From Eledone cirrhosa (taxonomy: Eukaryota), in contig OZ024752.1 in the NCBI GenBank assembly GCA_964016885.1, positions 36,146,001 to 36,210,000 on the forward strand: a DNA stretch of 64,000 bases, read 5' to 3'. Under the pieces are notes generated by a model. It searched no databases and had not been told where the DNA came from. It was given only the letters and a program-made list of their open reading frames with translations. Made by a program: the position numbers and the translations under genes. Position 1 is the stretch's first letter, and each line of letters opens with the position of its first letter. Positions 61,916-64,000 of the stretch are shown here, one piece after another.

Positions 61916-62501
61916 CACACATTATTTATATATATATATATATAAAGGTGTACTTACATATTTTTTTAATCAGAAAAGCCTTGCTGTGAAAATATGTTAA
62001 ATGTGAATTCATTTTCCAATTCTCAAAAAGAATAACAAAATGTATTCACATTTATTTATAATTTATTTGAGATTTTCTAATATCATCATCATTTCACATG
62101 TTTTGTTTTTTCTATACTGGTATAGGCTGGAAGGTTTGATACAGAGAATTTAGTACATTATTGGAGTTACTGTCCTCTTAGATGGGTCAGGGGACCACAT
62201 ATTGTTTAGATATCTACTATTTGTCATCATTTATATGGTGGGATGCCCCTCTTAATGCCAGCCAACCACTTTACAAATGTATTGGGTATATTTTATTGAG
62301 ACACCATTACTAGAAAGATTATTGTGTCATTGTTACATCTGAAGAATCTCATTTTACCCTTTCTTGGTATGGTTTCTATAGCCAGACACCCCTCCCAATG
62401 CTAACCACTTTATTTATTATATATATATACTTCGTTTTTTAATTTGTTTTGTTACATTTTTTATGTCAAATCATGTGTAGAAACAGTTTTATATTTTGGT
62501 A

Positions 62502-62762
62502 GGGCCATGTTGCCAATAAAAACACATGCACTATTTATATTTCACTTTGACATGATGAAATAACTAGACCAATAAACAGAGAGATGACATGGAGAGCCAA
62601 AATAGTCATTGAGAAGGCGATGTGACTAAATAGCTTTGATTATTAAATGACCCCCTACCCCTGGTTACTAACTTAACCGAGGAACGGATTAGTTAGCTTA
62701 CTAATAAATAAAACCGAAGCGAAACTCAACTGACGCATGTGTTTTTATTGGAAGCATGACCC
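62502..62762. mobile_element. MITE with ~28-bp TIRs (GGG...CCC, possibly PIF/Harbinger)
   Basis: gggccatgttgccaataaaaacacatgc / gcatgtgtttttattggaagcatgaccc; TSD unclear. Confidence 0.6.
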
Positions 62763-62805
62763 TCTCAAAGTATTATACATAATGCATATACATTATGTAT
62801 ATATA

Positions 62806-62935
62806 TATATAAAATACATGGCAAACTGGTGCATATCTTTCTAGGTACTCAAAGTTTCCCGAAGCAAGTTGATCTTACTTCAGGGAACCTTCGTGTATCT
62901 AGGAAGATATGCGCCAGTTTGCCATGTATTTTATA
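62806..62935. repeat. ~130-nt imperfect hairpin
   Basis: aaaatacatggcaaactggtgcatatc... pairs with ...gatatgcgccagtttgccatgtatttt; short loop. Confidence 0.85.
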
Positions 62936-63030
62936 TAATATAGTATATTTAGTATTTTATATACTATAGTATATTACATATTGAGGGCTCTTTCTTTAGT
63001 GATTACAACCACCATTCAGGCAACTATATA

Positions 63031-63368
63031 TGTCATCATCATCATCATTTCATTTTACGTCCGCTTTTTCCCTGCTTGCAAGGGTGGGACGGGAACTGAT
63101 TCTGGCTTGATTTCTACAGCTGGATGCCCTTCCCAACACCAACCTCATTTTACAGTAAGTGGTGGGTGCTTTTTTGCCGTGGCACCTGCACGACCACTTT
63201 GCAGTGGAATGGGGTCCCTATCATCTCATTTCTACAGCTGAGTAAACTGGAGCAATGTGAAATAAAGTGTCTTGCTCAAGGAAACAACACATCACCCGGT
63301 CTGAGAATTGAACTCACAACCTTTCGATTGCAAGGCCAATGCTCTAACCACTAAGCCATGTGCCTCCA
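63031..63368 (-). mobile_element. Type B SINE, reverse orientation
   Basis: Reverse complement of 3180-3511. Confidence 0.9.
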
Positions 63369-64000
63369 TGTATATATTTATATAATTGAATATATGAGAG
63401 AGATGAACTCAGATATAAGTATACATGTGTTCCAATTGCAAAGGACCAAGATAGGTTGCCCAATATAGGTTTATTTTTATTGATTTACTAGCAGTAAAGC
63501 TCGGGGTCGCTCAGTAGCTGTGTTAAAGTTACAATGTTAAGTTTCTTTTTTGGCTTAAAGTCTGTCTGCACGACTGTCTGTCTGCACGCCTAACGAAATT
63601 TACAGATACATATATTTTAAATAAACTTATATAATTTTTGCTTTTTTTTACGAAATATTTGCTTGTTTTACGTAGTCTTTAAATAGACTTGTTTTCAAGT
63701 AAAAATATTGTTTTAAAAGGCTTTTAAATGGAAATGAAGCAAAACGGAAGCTTAGTGTTCGAACTTATGAATTTTGCAGGTCAAAATTTTGCTGGCTCGA
63801 CAACTGTTCGTGTATTGTGTTAATGTCATTTTAAACGCTGAGAAAGCCAGCGTAATTTTTTTAATTTTTGCACGCAGAAAATGTAAACAGAACGTAAGAC
63901 GCTCAATGTAAACAGAACAAAGGGAAATAACTCGTCACTTACGCTCAAAAATCGATACATTAGATTCGATTTCGTCACATAGGGTGGGTCAATTTGAAAT

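Noticed and set aside
63487-64000. Helitron-like ends (actag motifs; also about 6165-6270 and 7235-7346)
   Set aside because: Suggestive termini only; I could not pair the ends or verify the hairpin.

Overview
Eukaryotic, AT-rich, repeat-dense animal DNA; an octopus/cephalopod origin is my inference from the SINE/RTE repertoire and microsatellites, not confirmed. One complete gene is present on the + strand: a 16-exon HAD-family 5'-nucleotidase domain gene (NT5DC2/NT5DC3-like, CDS 38625-57902, 1578 nt, 525 aa). All its introns are GT-AG and the exon phases fit. A probable last exon of an upstream gene lies at 1897-2033. About 37% of the window is a single ~23.7-kb array of a 61-bp satellite (~388 units) that matches the 3' tail motif of local RTE LINEs/SINEs and carries 87-unit and 58-unit block duplications. 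The rest is tRNA-derived SINEs, RTE and CR1 LINE remnants, hAT, piggyBac, Mutator and mariner-type DNA elements, minisatellites that mostly trace to these elements, and several palindromes. I found no new protein-coding system. The most notable signals are repeated TE-to-satellite conversion, a minisatellite-carrying hAT element, a ~730-bp intronic palindrome and a duplicated splice donor with an in-frame stop.
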